Shown: one piece after another, positions 27,619 through 40,284 of the stretch
How the letters are laid out: each line of letters opens with the position of its first letter
Numbering within the stretch: position 1 is the first letter of the stretch
Made by a program: the position numbers and the translations under genes
The notes under the pieces: model-generated
Told to the model about the DNA's origin: nothing
The model's database searches: none
What the model saw: only the letters and a program-made list of their open reading frames with translations
DNA from: Octopus sinensis
Taxonomy: Eukaryota
DNA length: 64,000 nucleotides
Reading direction: 5' to 3'
Assembly: GCF_006345805.1 (NCBI RefSeq)
Contig: NC_042998.1
Location: forward strand, 141,422,001-141,486,000

Positions 27619-27753
27619 CATCTCAGCAGTAATTCCTGATGGACCATGCAAGAACTTCCTTGTCTTCATATCCTTATTGCTTTTATCATCATATTGTTGT
27701 CAACTCAATAACTGGACCCTCTATTGGTGAAAAGAGTTTCACTCCAGGCATAC
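27619..27753 (-). mobile_element. Inverted duplicate of the RTE fragment at 25726-25858
   Basis: catctcagcagtaattcctgatggacca..ggaccctctattg..ctccaggcatac is the reverse complement of 25726-25858. Confidence 0.9.
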
Positions 27754-28299
27754 ATATAAGTGGGATGATATATATGATCACTTAGTGGTCATCCCTCATA
27801 TATGTATGTAATAAATATATATATGTACATATATATATGCATATGTATATACATATATACATACACATATACATACATATGTATATATATATATATACAT
27901 ACATATATATATACACACACATACATACCAATTAGTGCTATTATGTTAGACATGGCCTGGGCCTATACTGGCGGAAACTTATCAAAGTTATATATGCACA
28001 TATATATATATAAACCTATATATATGTACACATATATATAGACATATATATAAATATGTATACATACACATACTTATATGTATACATACATATATGTATA
28101 CATATACATACATATATGTACATACCTTCCATATATATTTATATATACATGCATATACAGGTACAGGACATTAAAAAAAAACATGAACAAATGAGAAACG
28201 AGAACTTAAAAAACAAATTCATAGAAAACGACCATTTTTCGAACAACGAAACAAATAGAGAAACGAGACAGGCAACATAAAGAACATTCCCTTTATATT

Positions 28300-28495
28300 T
28301 ATATATATATATATATACACACACATATATAGACATATATATATATATATACATACACACACACACATATAGACATATATATATATATATACATACACAC
28401 ACACACACACACATATATATACATACACACACACACACACACATATATAGACATATATATATATATATATACATACACACACACACATATAGACA

Positions 28496-28542
<47 letters not shown>

Positions 28543-28787
28543 TATATAGACATATATATATATATATACATACACACACACACATATATAGACATATATA
28601 TATATATATATAATACACACACACACACACATATAGAAGACATATATATATATATATATATATATACATACACACACACACATATAGACATATATATATA
28701 TATATATATATACATACACACACACACACACATATAGACATATATATATATATATATATATATACATACGCACACACACATATAGAC

Positions 28788-28820
<33 letters not shown>

Positions 28821-29010
28821 TATAGACATATATATATATATACACACAACACACATATAGACATATATATATATATATCATACACACACACACCACATAT
28901 AGACATATATATATATATACACCACACACACACACACATATATATATTATATATATATATATATATATACATACAACACACACACATATATATACGTACA
29001 TACACATGCA
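28300..29010. repeat. Higher-order microsatellite: repeated [ATATAGAC (AT)n (AC)n] units
   Basis: More than a dozen recurrences of atagac punctuating alternating (AT)n and (AC)n runs. Confidence 0.9.
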
Positions 29011-29276
29011 CGCATTTATATTTTTTTCTTTTACTCCACCTCAGGTTTTTTTTACCTTTTCATTCTCTTCTGATTAAACCCAAAACCATGTTCGTAGAAA
29101 GCAAACTTTTCAATTCCACAAACACACAAAAAGTACTCAATACACTATGTGAAGTGGCTGGCGTTAGGGAATGTATCCAACCACATGCCAAGGAAGACAC
29201 TGGAGTTGAGCACAGTTTTCTGGCTTGCCAGCCCATGTCAAACTGCCCAACTGACACCAGCGTGGAAAAACAGACA

Positions 29277-29475
29277 TTAACCCTTCAGTATTTAAACCAC
29301 CCAAATATTCTACTTATTTTATTTTCAAGCTGGCTATATCTGGTCTCTCACACCTCACCCACAATATCATTGTAAAAATAAACAATGATATCATTGAAAT
29401 CTCAAAGCTGCAAGATAATGAGTAATCAATAGAAAATGTGAATTAGACAGAGTAATCTGAATGCTAAAGACTTAA
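29277..29475 (-). mobile_element. piggyBac-type MITE inserted at the end of an RTE-tail SINE
   Basis: ttaacccttcagtatt ... aatgctaaagacttaa. Confidence 0.75.
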
Positions 29476-31619
29476 GTGGTGTTGATGATGAAATGGCTAT
29501 CATTAGAACACCCTAAGGGCTTCCACCAGGTCCAATATTTCTAATTCTTCATATGAAGAAAAAAACGGCTTTCACACAAGAGAGAGAGAGAGAGAGAGAG
29601 CGAGAGATATTCTCTCTTTATACTGTTGCAGATCATATGATAAGGACAACCGAACAAAAAGCTATAAGGTTTCATAAAATGTAGGCTAGCTGGTAAGAAG
29701 CTTCTCACATCTCAAATGTAAAGTTCATCTGAACTGGAAAACCCAGCAGTAATGACAGACTGATGTCTAGCAATGATGCTTGGAGAGAGAGAGGAGAGAG
29801 AGAGAGAAAGAGAGAAACTATTATAAAGTGAGAAAGAAACTGTATTAAATTACTACCAAGGCTTACAGGTTTGATTTTTGTTGCTTTTAACATGTATTTA
29901 CCCTGCCCCACATGCAAATACATACCACCACTATATAGATAATTGGAGAGATATTTTAATTGTTGGAATAATAAAATAACCTCCAACAACTGAAGCATGA
30001 AATGAGTGGCTTCTAATGTTTATGTTGTGGTTGATGCTGCTGTTCTCAACAACCAGGAACAACAATAATAACCACAGAAGCCAAATAGAAAGAACAATTT
30101 GCCTTTGGTTGTGACATTTCATCTATCATCATTGACCCCTGGAAATTATTGTCCTGGAACTAGGACCCATAAGGCTGGTTACCCAGTTTCCATGGGGTGT
30201 AACAGATCAAGATCACACAACATTCCCCTTGCAAAGGTCACCAGTCTGTCACAAGGTTATTCATTTACAGGTGAGTGGACTGGAGTAACGTAAAATGAAG
30301 TGTTTTGCTCAAGAACACAACACATTGCCTGATCTGGAAATTGAAACCATGATCTTGCAATTATGCATGCAACATCTTAACCACATGCTTTCTCAATTTT
30401 ATAAAGGTCAGGGACAAATGGCAATGGGTTTATCTAGAGATTGCAAACGATGATGATGATGATTGCCCTAGGTATGTGTGTATTGTTTGAAGTTCATAGA
30501 AGTTAGTTGGTGGTTTGAGAATTTGTCTGCATTCCTAACATGTGTCTTGCATTCCTCTATCATCCATGACATTTTAAAGCTTTTGGATAGTGCATGATTT
30601 TCATTTTTTTGTTTTTGCTGGTCTACCTCTTCTGTGCAAAAATAAATAAAAGAAAAGTAATAGTTTCTATCAAACTAGGTCACTAGCACTTGTATCCAAA
30701 CTGAAACTATGTAACAATGTAGACATGCAGGTATAACACACCTGATGATGTTTAGGTCAAACTGATCACAACTTGGTGTAGATATATTTGTAAATACACA
30801 CAAACTTACAAAGCTAAGGAGTAAGTAGTTTAATATTTGGAGAAATTATAACCTTGTTACCAATATCTGAATCAATAAATCCAGTAGTTTAGTGATTCTT
30901 ATGTTAATAAGAAACAGGTCAGCTGATTATAGTTTTGTCCAGAAGGTTAGCTCTTTATTTATCAGTAAACGATGCATCACTTATCTGTATAGGATTTGAT
31001 GAAACACTACAGAATATTGATCTATGATTTGGGCTTTTTCTCCTTTTTTTTTCATATTAAATTGATTCTTTAGAAAATTTTAACGACATTTGTGTCTGTA
31101 TTGTATTCAGTTTATGATTACAAATAGAGATAAGGAATTTGCTACATTAAATGCATTAATAATATATTTAACACTTTTGATGCCAACCAGCCTAAGGCTG
31201 CTCGTTGATACAACTTTCCTGCTTTAAAGTGACCTAAATGAAAACCTTCCATCAAAATTTTGTGTGTGCGCGCTTGTCTTGACATCATGTGATAGTTGTG
31301 AATGAGCATCACTGTTATAAAAGGTAATGGTGTTTACTTCCAATCTTTTATGGAAACATGTCTGGCCAAGGGAAATTTTACCTTACTTGGAAGCAGTTAA
31401 GGATTGGCAACACGAAAAGCATCCAACCATAGAAAATCTGCCTCAATGATGAATTCTGTTCCACATATGTGAACATGGAAAAGAGGATGTTAAAATGATG
31501 ATGGTCCAAACATGGAGTTAATAATGGCAATGATATTTTATTAAATCCTTTGTTATTTTCAAAACTAATTGAAACAAAGAAGACATGCCAAACTAAGTAA
31601 AATTGTGGCTGTCCATGCA

Positions 31620-31922
31620 TACAGGCATGTCCTCTACATCGTTCTTTCAGCCAAGAGATCCTAGTCTTGTGGGTGCTGGTGCCACATAAAAACACCTGTA
31701 ATGTACCATGTAAAAGCACCCAGTACATTTTGTAAAGTGGTTGGCATTAGGAAGAATTATATAGAAACCATGCAAAAACAAATGGGACCCAGGCAGCTCC
31801 GCAGCAGGCCAACTACTCCTGTCAAACAGGCCAACTACTCCTGTCAAACAGGCCAACTACTCCTGTCAAACTGGCCAACACATGCTGGCATGGAAAATGG
31901 ATGTTAAATGATGATGATGATG
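31620..31922 (+). mobile_element. RTE-tail SINE containing three perfect 22-bp tandem copies (31805-31870)
   Basis: caggccaactactcctgtcaaa x3; tail ..catggaaaatggatgttaaatgatgatgatgatg. Confidence 0.8.
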
Positions 31923-32329
31923 GTGAAAGGCATTGTATTTCAGTAAAAGTGTGGCTAATGAAAGAGTTAAAGGAGTTTTCTTGGTATACAACCAAATACT
32001 CAAATACCCTTATATACTCTCCCACCACTTTATCAACCCATGACACTTGCAACATTACTGTAAGTGATCTATCTATGAAGCTGAGATGCTGGAACAGCCA
32101 GGTATCTTCTTAAGCATCAACAGACACTTTACTCAGATGAGAACTTTGTAGGTAATGGGCTCAACACTTCAAATACCAGGAGATGAAAAATGTTGTTTAC
32201 CTGCATTTGGCAATACTTCTGCAGTTTGGTTGTTCACCCACAGATGGTGTTATGCCCCATATCTAATGAAGCATTTACAATATATGAGGGATTGAAAGAA
32301 CCACGAAACAATCATTATAGAGCCGCCAT

Positions 32330-32532
32330 TTAACCAGTATTCAGCTTTCTTTGTCAAATGTATTACGTATTTATTCCCATTGTTTTGAATTCACCATGCA
32401 TTATCTTGTAGCATCAAGATTTTTAGAATTACATTGTAGGGTAGGTGTGAGAGGTTGGATCTGGTCAGTTTCAACATAAAAAAAGGTAGAATATTTCAGC
32501 TGGATATGGTCGGATTAAATGCAAAGGGTTAA
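32330..32532 (+). mobile_element. piggyBac-type MITE
   Basis: TTAA ends, ..ggattaaatgcaaagggttaa. Confidence 0.7.
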
Positions 32533-32689
32533 GGCATCTATCTCTAGCCCAAGAATGTAGTAAGGTTAAAGCCTTGGGGGCCTAGCTTTATCCCTAAACA
32601 GACCCACAGGTTACAAAATTAAGGAGGTATTTATTTTTACCAGAGATTGCTTTAAAATTAAATTTATCTCAGAATGTCTCAGTAGGTAC

Positions 32690-33695
32690 AGGCATGGCTG
32701 TGTAGTTAAGAAACTCGCTTACCAACCATGTGATCTTGAGTTCAATCCCACTGTACAGCACTTTGGGCAAGTATCTTCCACTATAACCCCAGACTGACCA
32801 AAGCCATGTGAATGGATCTGGTGAATGGAAACTGTGAGAAGTCCATCATATGTGTGTGTGAAATGATGATCATAAATAGGCATCACTGTCATACATACAA
32901 TGTTCACTTCCTGTTTTAATATTTGTCTCCAAAGTTAAAATATGAGCTTGCTTAGAAACGGGTGAGGGTTAGCACAAGGGCATCCAGCTGTCAAAAACCA
33001 GCTTCAACAAATTTGGCCAACTCATGCAAGCATGGAAAAGTGAATGTTAAATGATGATGTTCAGTGAAACAACACGCATTCACTCGATAAAATATATTTG
33101 CATCAAGGGACCAGCCACACTGACATCTCATTCTTCCACATACACCGGCGCCAGCCAGCTCTATGAATGATGAAAATGTAGAGCAGCTCATCTGGAATAA
33201 GCAAGACACAGATGCTTGTGCTAGAAAGAAAATGTCAATCCAATATTTTGCACTCACAGGAAGTAAACAATATCTTAGATGTATATCGTATATGTAGTTG
33301 CTTACCAACATGGTTTCACATTCAGTTCTATTGCGTGGCACCTTGGGTGTTTTCTATTATAGCCATGGGCTGACCAAAGCCTTGTGAATGCATTTGGCAG
33401 CTGCAAACTGAATGAAGCCCATCATGCATGTATGTATATACATATGCGTGTGTGTTTCTTTGAGTCTTTATCTTCACATAAGAGTGATAGCTGTAACTGA
33501 GTGTCAGTCATACAAACTGTCAATTTCCAATATTTAATGAAAACATGTCTGGCCATGGAGAAATACTACCTTAATTGGAAACAGGTCAGGGTTGATGACA
33601 GGAAGGGCATCTGGCCGTAGATAATCTGCCTCCATAAACTCCACATGACTCATGTAACCACTGAAAAGTGGACATAAGAACACTGATGATGATGA
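32690..33695 (+). mobile_element. Two ggctgtgtgg-head/RTE-tail SINEs (32690-33060, 33295-33695)
   Basis: Head, body and (GAT)n tail motifs as in other copies. Confidence 0.75.
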
Positions 33696-34468
33696 AGAAT
33701 AAAAAATACTTTGACTATGTTATCCCAAATTTCTTTGTTGATTTAATCAGCCCTTGGTTTAAACAAAGTTTCTCCCTCAGTTGTAGTGTTTTATTCACTT
33801 CTCTAGTAGAGCCAAAGTTGAAGTGAGAGGTGTTATCCACCACAGAAGAATGAATATGAAAAGAAGGGGGAAAACAAGGGAGAGAAATTATTTTTTCTTT
33901 TAGCTTGTGTCACTGGACTGTAGCTGTGCTAGGGCACCCACATCACAGGTTAAATCAAAGAAATTGACCCCAGTACTTATTCTATTAAATCTGGTAATTA
34001 TTCTATGATGTCTCTTTTGCCAAATTGCCAAGCTATGAGGATGTAAACAAACTAACACTATAGGATAGGATCACAAACATGAATTGATGACATGATGAGT
34101 GGGCTTTTTCAAAGTTTATGCTTACAAGACAGTGGTTAGTGCATGGATTTAGAAGAAATTTGCTGAAAGTACTGCACAGTGGGACTGAACATGAAATCAC
34201 ATGGTTGCAAAGAAAACTTCTTAACTACTCAACCATGCCTGCAAAAATTCCTGATTCCCAAATCATTAGGTCAAAGAGGGTTCAGAATGAAATTTCACAT
34301 CGGCTAAACTTTTAATTAGTTGCAGGGCCAAATAAAACTCTAAATGAGGGATTACATCAAAGAAGATACATTAACTCCAGGACTGATAAATAATTCTGGA
34401 GACTAACAAAACCTTTGAAATAGGGCTCATTTAAATCAATTGCTTCACAAAAACACTCTCCAAATTAC

Positions 34469-34696
34469 TTACCCCTTTAGCATTCAGGTTTCTCAGTCCA
34501 TTGTATTGCTTATTTATTGATATTGCTTTGAATTAATCATGCATTATCTTGTAACTTTGAGATTTCAATAATGTGATTGTTTACTTTTAGAATGACATTG
34601 TAGGGTAGGTATGACAGGTTGGATCTGGCCACTTTGAACATAAAACAGATAGAATATTAGGGCTGGATACGGCCAGTTTAAATGCTAAAGGGTTAA
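34469..34696 (+). mobile_element. piggyBac-type MITE, near full length
   Basis: ccctttagcatt / aatgctaaagggttaa TIRs. Confidence 0.85.
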
Positions 34697-36839
34697 AGAT
34701 ATATGTTTGTGTAACAAAACTGATTCTTGTAAACAATACGAACCCCTACATTGGTGTTCTGCTGCAATTTTTTTGCATGTTAAACATCATCATTGTTTTA
34801 ACAACTACTTTTCCATGCTTGCATGGATGAGACAGAATTTGTAGAAGGTGAATTTTCTACAGCTGGATGCCCTTCCTGTTGTCAACCCTCACCTGTTTCC
34901 AAACAAGGTAATATTTCCCCATGACTAGACATGTTTTTATGGGAGACTGAAAACAAAGGGCACTGCTTGCATGACAGTGATGCTCATTTACAACAATCAT
35001 GTTAAACCAAGGCAAAGAAACAATAACCCATGCACAATGTACTTTCAGTGTCCATCTACTAAATGCAAGAGGCTTTGGTTGGCTTGAGGACAGAGAAGAC
35101 CCTTGTCCAAAGTGCCATGTAGTGGGACTGAACCAGAAGCAATGTGGTTTGAAAGCCAACTTCTTACCACACAATCACACCATTAAATAATTCTCTTTTA
35201 AGCAGCATGTTGACTAATTGTGAAGTCAGCTTCACTAGAAAGTCTGGTAATTTAGCTATTATCTTAACATTGAGATCTTAGAAGACCTGTTTTGATCACA
35301 ACCCCATCCAATCAAGGTAAGCATGAAGATCAGCAACAGCAAGAAATCAAGTAACCGTCGTTACTTTGGATCATTTTGCGATAAGCTTAAAAAAATTTGG
35401 AAACTGCCCCACTCTCCGAGAGCTGAGCTACTCTATTGTATCCTGAAGAAAGAAATATGTAAAAGAAAAGACCATAGGGCTACAAGTTCAGTTCCACTGC
35501 ATGGAACCTTCAGCAAGTGTCTTGAGCTGACCAATGCCTTGTGAGTGAGTTTGGTAGACAAATTTTGTGGAAACCTGTCATATACATATATATATATATA
35601 TATGTGCTTGTGTCTGTACCCTGCATAGCTTGAAAATCAGTGTTGGTTTGTTTCTGTCCTCTTAACTTGGCAGTTCAGCCAGAGACCAATAAAATAAGTA
35701 CAAGATCTAAGTACTAAAACCTTGCAAGTCAGTGTTCCAGCATAGCTGCAGTCCAATGACTGAAACAAGTTAAAAAGATTTAGGAAGAAAACAATTAAAA
35801 AAAAAAATTAAATTACAATTCAAGAGCATGTGAAATCTATTTTATCTCTACAGGATTTGTCACAGTATTTATTATTATCATTGTTGTTGTTGTATATGTT
35901 GGCTGGTTTTTAGCTATTTGCATGAATTGCAGGAGCAAGTAAATTTACAGACTGGTTGGTGCCCTTTCTTAGTTAACTCTTCAAGCATGCAGTGGCAATG
36001 GGTTAGCTGTTTTCAGCAAGGTTGATTGACCTCCATCCCTAAGACACTGCAACATGCTTTGAAGCTGAGACAAAGACATAGCTGAGAGCAAGAAAAACAG
36101 AGCACAATACACCCCCTACCTTCGGACCCTTCATACAAAATCTCTTGCCTTTAAAGCATTAATTTATTTAACTGTCATGTACCTAATTCCTCAGAGAATA
36201 GCAAAAATTAATCCTGAAGAGATTGCTTGAGATAAAGAAATAAACGAATTTTGGGGGAAAAAATTGAAATATATGATATATATATATGGAATACAAGTTC
36301 CCTAAGGGGAATGCTGTTTTGAAATTTGTATTAGTAGATGGATGATGTTTTTGGAAATAGTTCAGCTCCTTAATAGTAAAAAGTAGGAGGCTGGAAAAAG
36401 GGTGGCATATGAAAAGCTAAACAGTAGATGTTTGAGGACACAGCAGACAGACAACTGTATAGGAGCTTAACCAGGAAGGGAAAGGCGTTATAGATATGTG
36501 TAAGGGATTTTGGAGGAAAAGACTGAACAAGAAAGCAATGGGAGAGGTAGGAGAGAGAGAAACAGACAGTGAAGGGAGATAGAGGATAAAAGGTTTACAA
36601 ACTTATCTCTGCTCCTTCCCTCTCCAGCACACGCATTTTCCTTGCTATAGTTGAATGGATGGAGAGGGCAAAACAAGACTGTTTTAGTCCAGAGGTGAGG
36701 GGGGGGACATAGAGAGAAAGAACGAGAGAAAATAAGAGGGTGAGTATTGCATAGATACCATTCCTGAGTGACGGTTACCTAGCAACTAGCCACTGGGAGA
36801 ATAGCTGAAGAAGCTAAACTGCAAAAAGCTTTACAGTTT

Positions 36840-36870
<31 letters not shown>

Positions 36871-37139
36871 TTTTTAAAGTCAGATGGCCAACCCCCAGAG
36901 AATAAAGGAGGAAGTAGGAAAACAGCATACACACCAAAATAGACTTATAAATTAAAATTGGAGAAAAGGTACACACACACCAGGAAAACGAAAGTGATAT
37001 CTTTGATAATTCATTTTTAACGGTGGAAGATATTCTACCAGAAGGATTCCCCCCCCCCCAATCTAATAGTTACACGCTATTATTTATTTATAGCTCTATC
37101 TACTTCGAGTTACACAGTTAAAAACAAATCTTGATTTCC

Positions 37140-37400
37140 ATTTCTTGTCACTAACTTGAGGTACATCAAGTGCGTCTGTTAAAGTTGGCGAAGGTGAGAA
37201 CAAGGGTTAGGGTGAAGCTACGCCGTTCCATTCAAAGCACTCCTGCGTCGCGTCACCGCACTACTTCTCTGATTCTCTATGTTCCCTGTTTTGAGTTTCG
37301 CGAGTGGTTTTAGCCTTAAAATATAGGCACTTCGCTTCAGAGGAGACGGAGAACCAGCGCGCTTCGTGGAGTGGATAGATGGCTGGCTAGGTATATATAC
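37140..37400. promoter_or_regulatory. CpG-rich unique segment at the CpG-content boundary; candidate promoter/first exon
   Basis: Cluster of CpGs (gcgtcgcgtcaccgc, tttcgcgag, cagcgcgcttcg) in non-repeat sequence next to 37 kb of CpG-poor DNA. Confidence 0.4.
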
Positions 37401-38348
37401 AAACGGATAGAAAGATAGATGTGTAGGGAATACCATGAATTCACTACTTGTCAAGTTGTACTGCCGCCACCACCACAATAACAACCATCATCACTATAAG
37501 TGTCAGTATGGAGCAGCAGCAGCGATAGGGGTTGGAAGAAGAAGAAAACTCTAACCACCACTACCATCACATAAAATCGCCATCAGCACCACCTTAACCA
37601 ACATAGCCATCACAACAACCACCTCAAGCTTGAGTATGAGTAAGAGAGAGAGAGAAAGGGAAGGGGATGTGTGATGAAAGGGAAAACGTGCAAACACACG
37701 AGGTGAAAGCAGGAGAATGGCGGGATGTGGCAATGGTATGTGAAAAACAGTAGACAGCGGACATTAAGTCCAGCCCAAATCATACCATCAACACCACTAC
37801 AATGACTATAACCACCACCACCACAATCACCGTCACTGTCAAATAATACAAAACCATTGGGTTCTAATTATTCATGTTCTTTTTTTTTTCCTCTCTCGCG
37901 GCAAGGAATTTAGGTCGTCAGCTCAGTGGACAGAATAATAAGAGGACACTTTACTTATTTCACAGATGTTGGCGAGGGTGGGGGAAGATGTTTGTGTGTA
38001 CGTATATATATATATGTGTGTGTGTGTGTGCAGACTTTCGGAATAGCTACCACAAATAAAATGGAATTTCTTGTGTGTGTGTGTGTGGGGGGATTTACCG
38101 TTTCTTTTCATTTTAAAATACCCCAGCTTCTAAAAACGTAATTCGCATTAAAATGTTTTGAGAATATATACACACACACATTAATTTTCCGTTCCCTAGC
38201 TCTAATATACATATATTGGTTTTTCACCTCTGCACACCCCTTCAATTAAACCACCTAAGTGACAATCTCCTGCTTCTGCCACTCCCTAGTTCCAACTTTC
38301 TCGCAACGTATACTACTAATAGGTCCCAGAGATTGAAGTCTCCAAATA

Positions 38349-38388
<40 letters not shown>

Positions 38389-39384
38389 CAACATATCATA
38401 TCAACATATTGACATATGTTTTTACGAAGAAATTTTTCCAATTTATTGTTATGGCATAATTACCCACCCGAGACAGAACAGAATCACACGAGTTCACATA
38501 AAGAATCTTGAAAACGAAATCCTTCAGATTTGAAGTCATAGTAAGAGGGAAAGTAATTACGTGAAAAGTTTGGTGGGATTGCTATATAAGATAATTCAAT
38601 TTATTGATAAATTTAATATTTAAAATTTTAGTTATTTCTTAAAAATGTAAATGCGCAACATGTCTTATGTGGTTAAGTTCGTTTCTAGTACATAGCACAT
38701 TGAGAAAGTGTCTTGACCAATGTATGTACGTATGTATGTAGGTGACAAGACGTGCTGGAGACAAATTATCAATTTCATTGTTCTCTATACTTTAGATTGG
38801 TTAAAAGTTTGGTATAGGAATAATTACAGCCTGACTGTCTTCTCATAACTTTCTGAAAAGCCCATGCTTTAAAAAAAAATTTGCAGTTATACGCTTTCGA
38901 GGGTGTTGATTACGACAACTATGGAATAAAATTAAGGGAAGAATTTTCCGATAATCCTTTCTCTTTCCCGTGTTTGTTTATCGTCCTCGATTTCCGTAAC
39001 ATCAGCGTTTTTCACATTTTCACCAGATTCATGTTTGAAATATTAACATTTCATACTCTATTGTCAAAAACTATTTCTACAAGAAATTTAAAAAATATGC
39101 ATTTTAAAGAGAATTATGAAGAAATAAAGTCCAGGTATGACGGTGGTTGGTGAATGATGTGAAACACTTTCTCAAAAAAAAAAAAAAAAATTCAACACAA
39201 TTGTAATCTACACCGTTAAAAATGTATATCTTGTAAAATCTCATTGCAAGAAATTCTGAGGAATCAAAAAATAGTTATACCTTTGTACCGGCCAATTTAC
39301 GTTGTTTGCAAACAATGAATGCAGTGATAGTACAATAAAAAGAGACAAGTTAAAAAATACGGTAAATAATAATATCCATAACAA

Positions 39385-39805
39385 TAATCCTTTCTACTAT
39401 AGGCAGACGGCCTGGAATTTTAAGGGAAGGAGCTAATCAATTACATCGACCATAGTGCTCAACTGGTACCTATTTTATCGACCACGAAAGGATGAATGAC
39501 AAAGTCGACGGTATTTGATTCCAAAGCGTAGACAGACGAAATGCCACTAAGCATTTTGTCCGGCGTGCTAACGATTCTACCAGCTTCCCAATCCTTTCTA
39601 CCATAGGAAAAAGGTTTCAAATTTTGTGGGAGGGGCATAGTCGATTACGTCGACCCCCAGTACTAGATTGGTACTTATTTTATCGACCTCGGAGGATGAC
39701 AGGCGATACCGACCTCAGTGGAATTTGAACTCTGAACTTAAAGAACCGGAAGAAATGCCGCTAAGCAATTTTTTTATCGCCTCCGAAAGGATGAAAGGTA
39801 AAGAT
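39385..39805 (-). mobile_element. Two tandem GGCGGCGAG-head SINEs, CpG-intact
   Basis: tatcgaccacgaaaggatg..gtcgacgg..cggcgtgctaacg and a second copy directly after. Confidence 0.85.
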
Positions 39806-40220
39806 CAGAGACGATGGTCATCAGTAGAAACGACAGAATGAAGAGATGAGGAGGTGAGAATGAGAGAAAAGCGAAAACGCTGAGCGGAAGTAAATAAGGG
39901 GAGAGCACTGTGTCACACACACTTGTCTTCGGTCAAATGGCGAGCAGAGGAGTCGGGGAGGTGATGCTAGAATTGTAATAATTTCAAGTTCATAGCGATG
40001 TGTCAACGGTTATCTAGGTATACAATATGCTTAAACAAGAAAAAAAAAAAAAAAAAGGACAGAAATGTCAACAAAACACATCAAAATCGGACATCTATTT
40101 TGACAGAACGATCACCGAAAGCGAACGGATTAAAAACGAAATGAATAAAGACAAAAACACACACACAGAGCCTGCATAATAGATGAACAAGGAGTGATAT
40201 TAACCAACTTTTAATCGTAC

Positions 40221-40284
40221 CTTTAGCCACCTGCAACTGTCCTCCGTTAAGCTGTACCCTTTCGTCGAAGAATCCTTTAGCCAT
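40221..40284 (-). CDS. Candidate first coding exon (MAKGFFDERVQLNGGQLQVAK+G, phase 1)
   Basis: aaaATGG start context, codon-like GC content, AAAG|gtacga donor; no homology recognised. Confidence 0.3.

Noticed and set aside
26884-29011. Long ORFs (up to 262 aa) rich in Y/I/C/V/M
   Set aside because: Translations of TA/CA microsatellites that simply lack stop codons.
31805-31870. CRISPR-like direct repeats
   Set aside because: No spacers; plain tandem repeat in a eukaryotic SINE; no cas genes.
33085-33265. Mariner-like peptide PASSMNDENVEQ
   Set aside because: Too short and isolated to call.
37204-37213. gggttagggt telomere-like motif
   Set aside because: Fewer than two units; chance occurrence.
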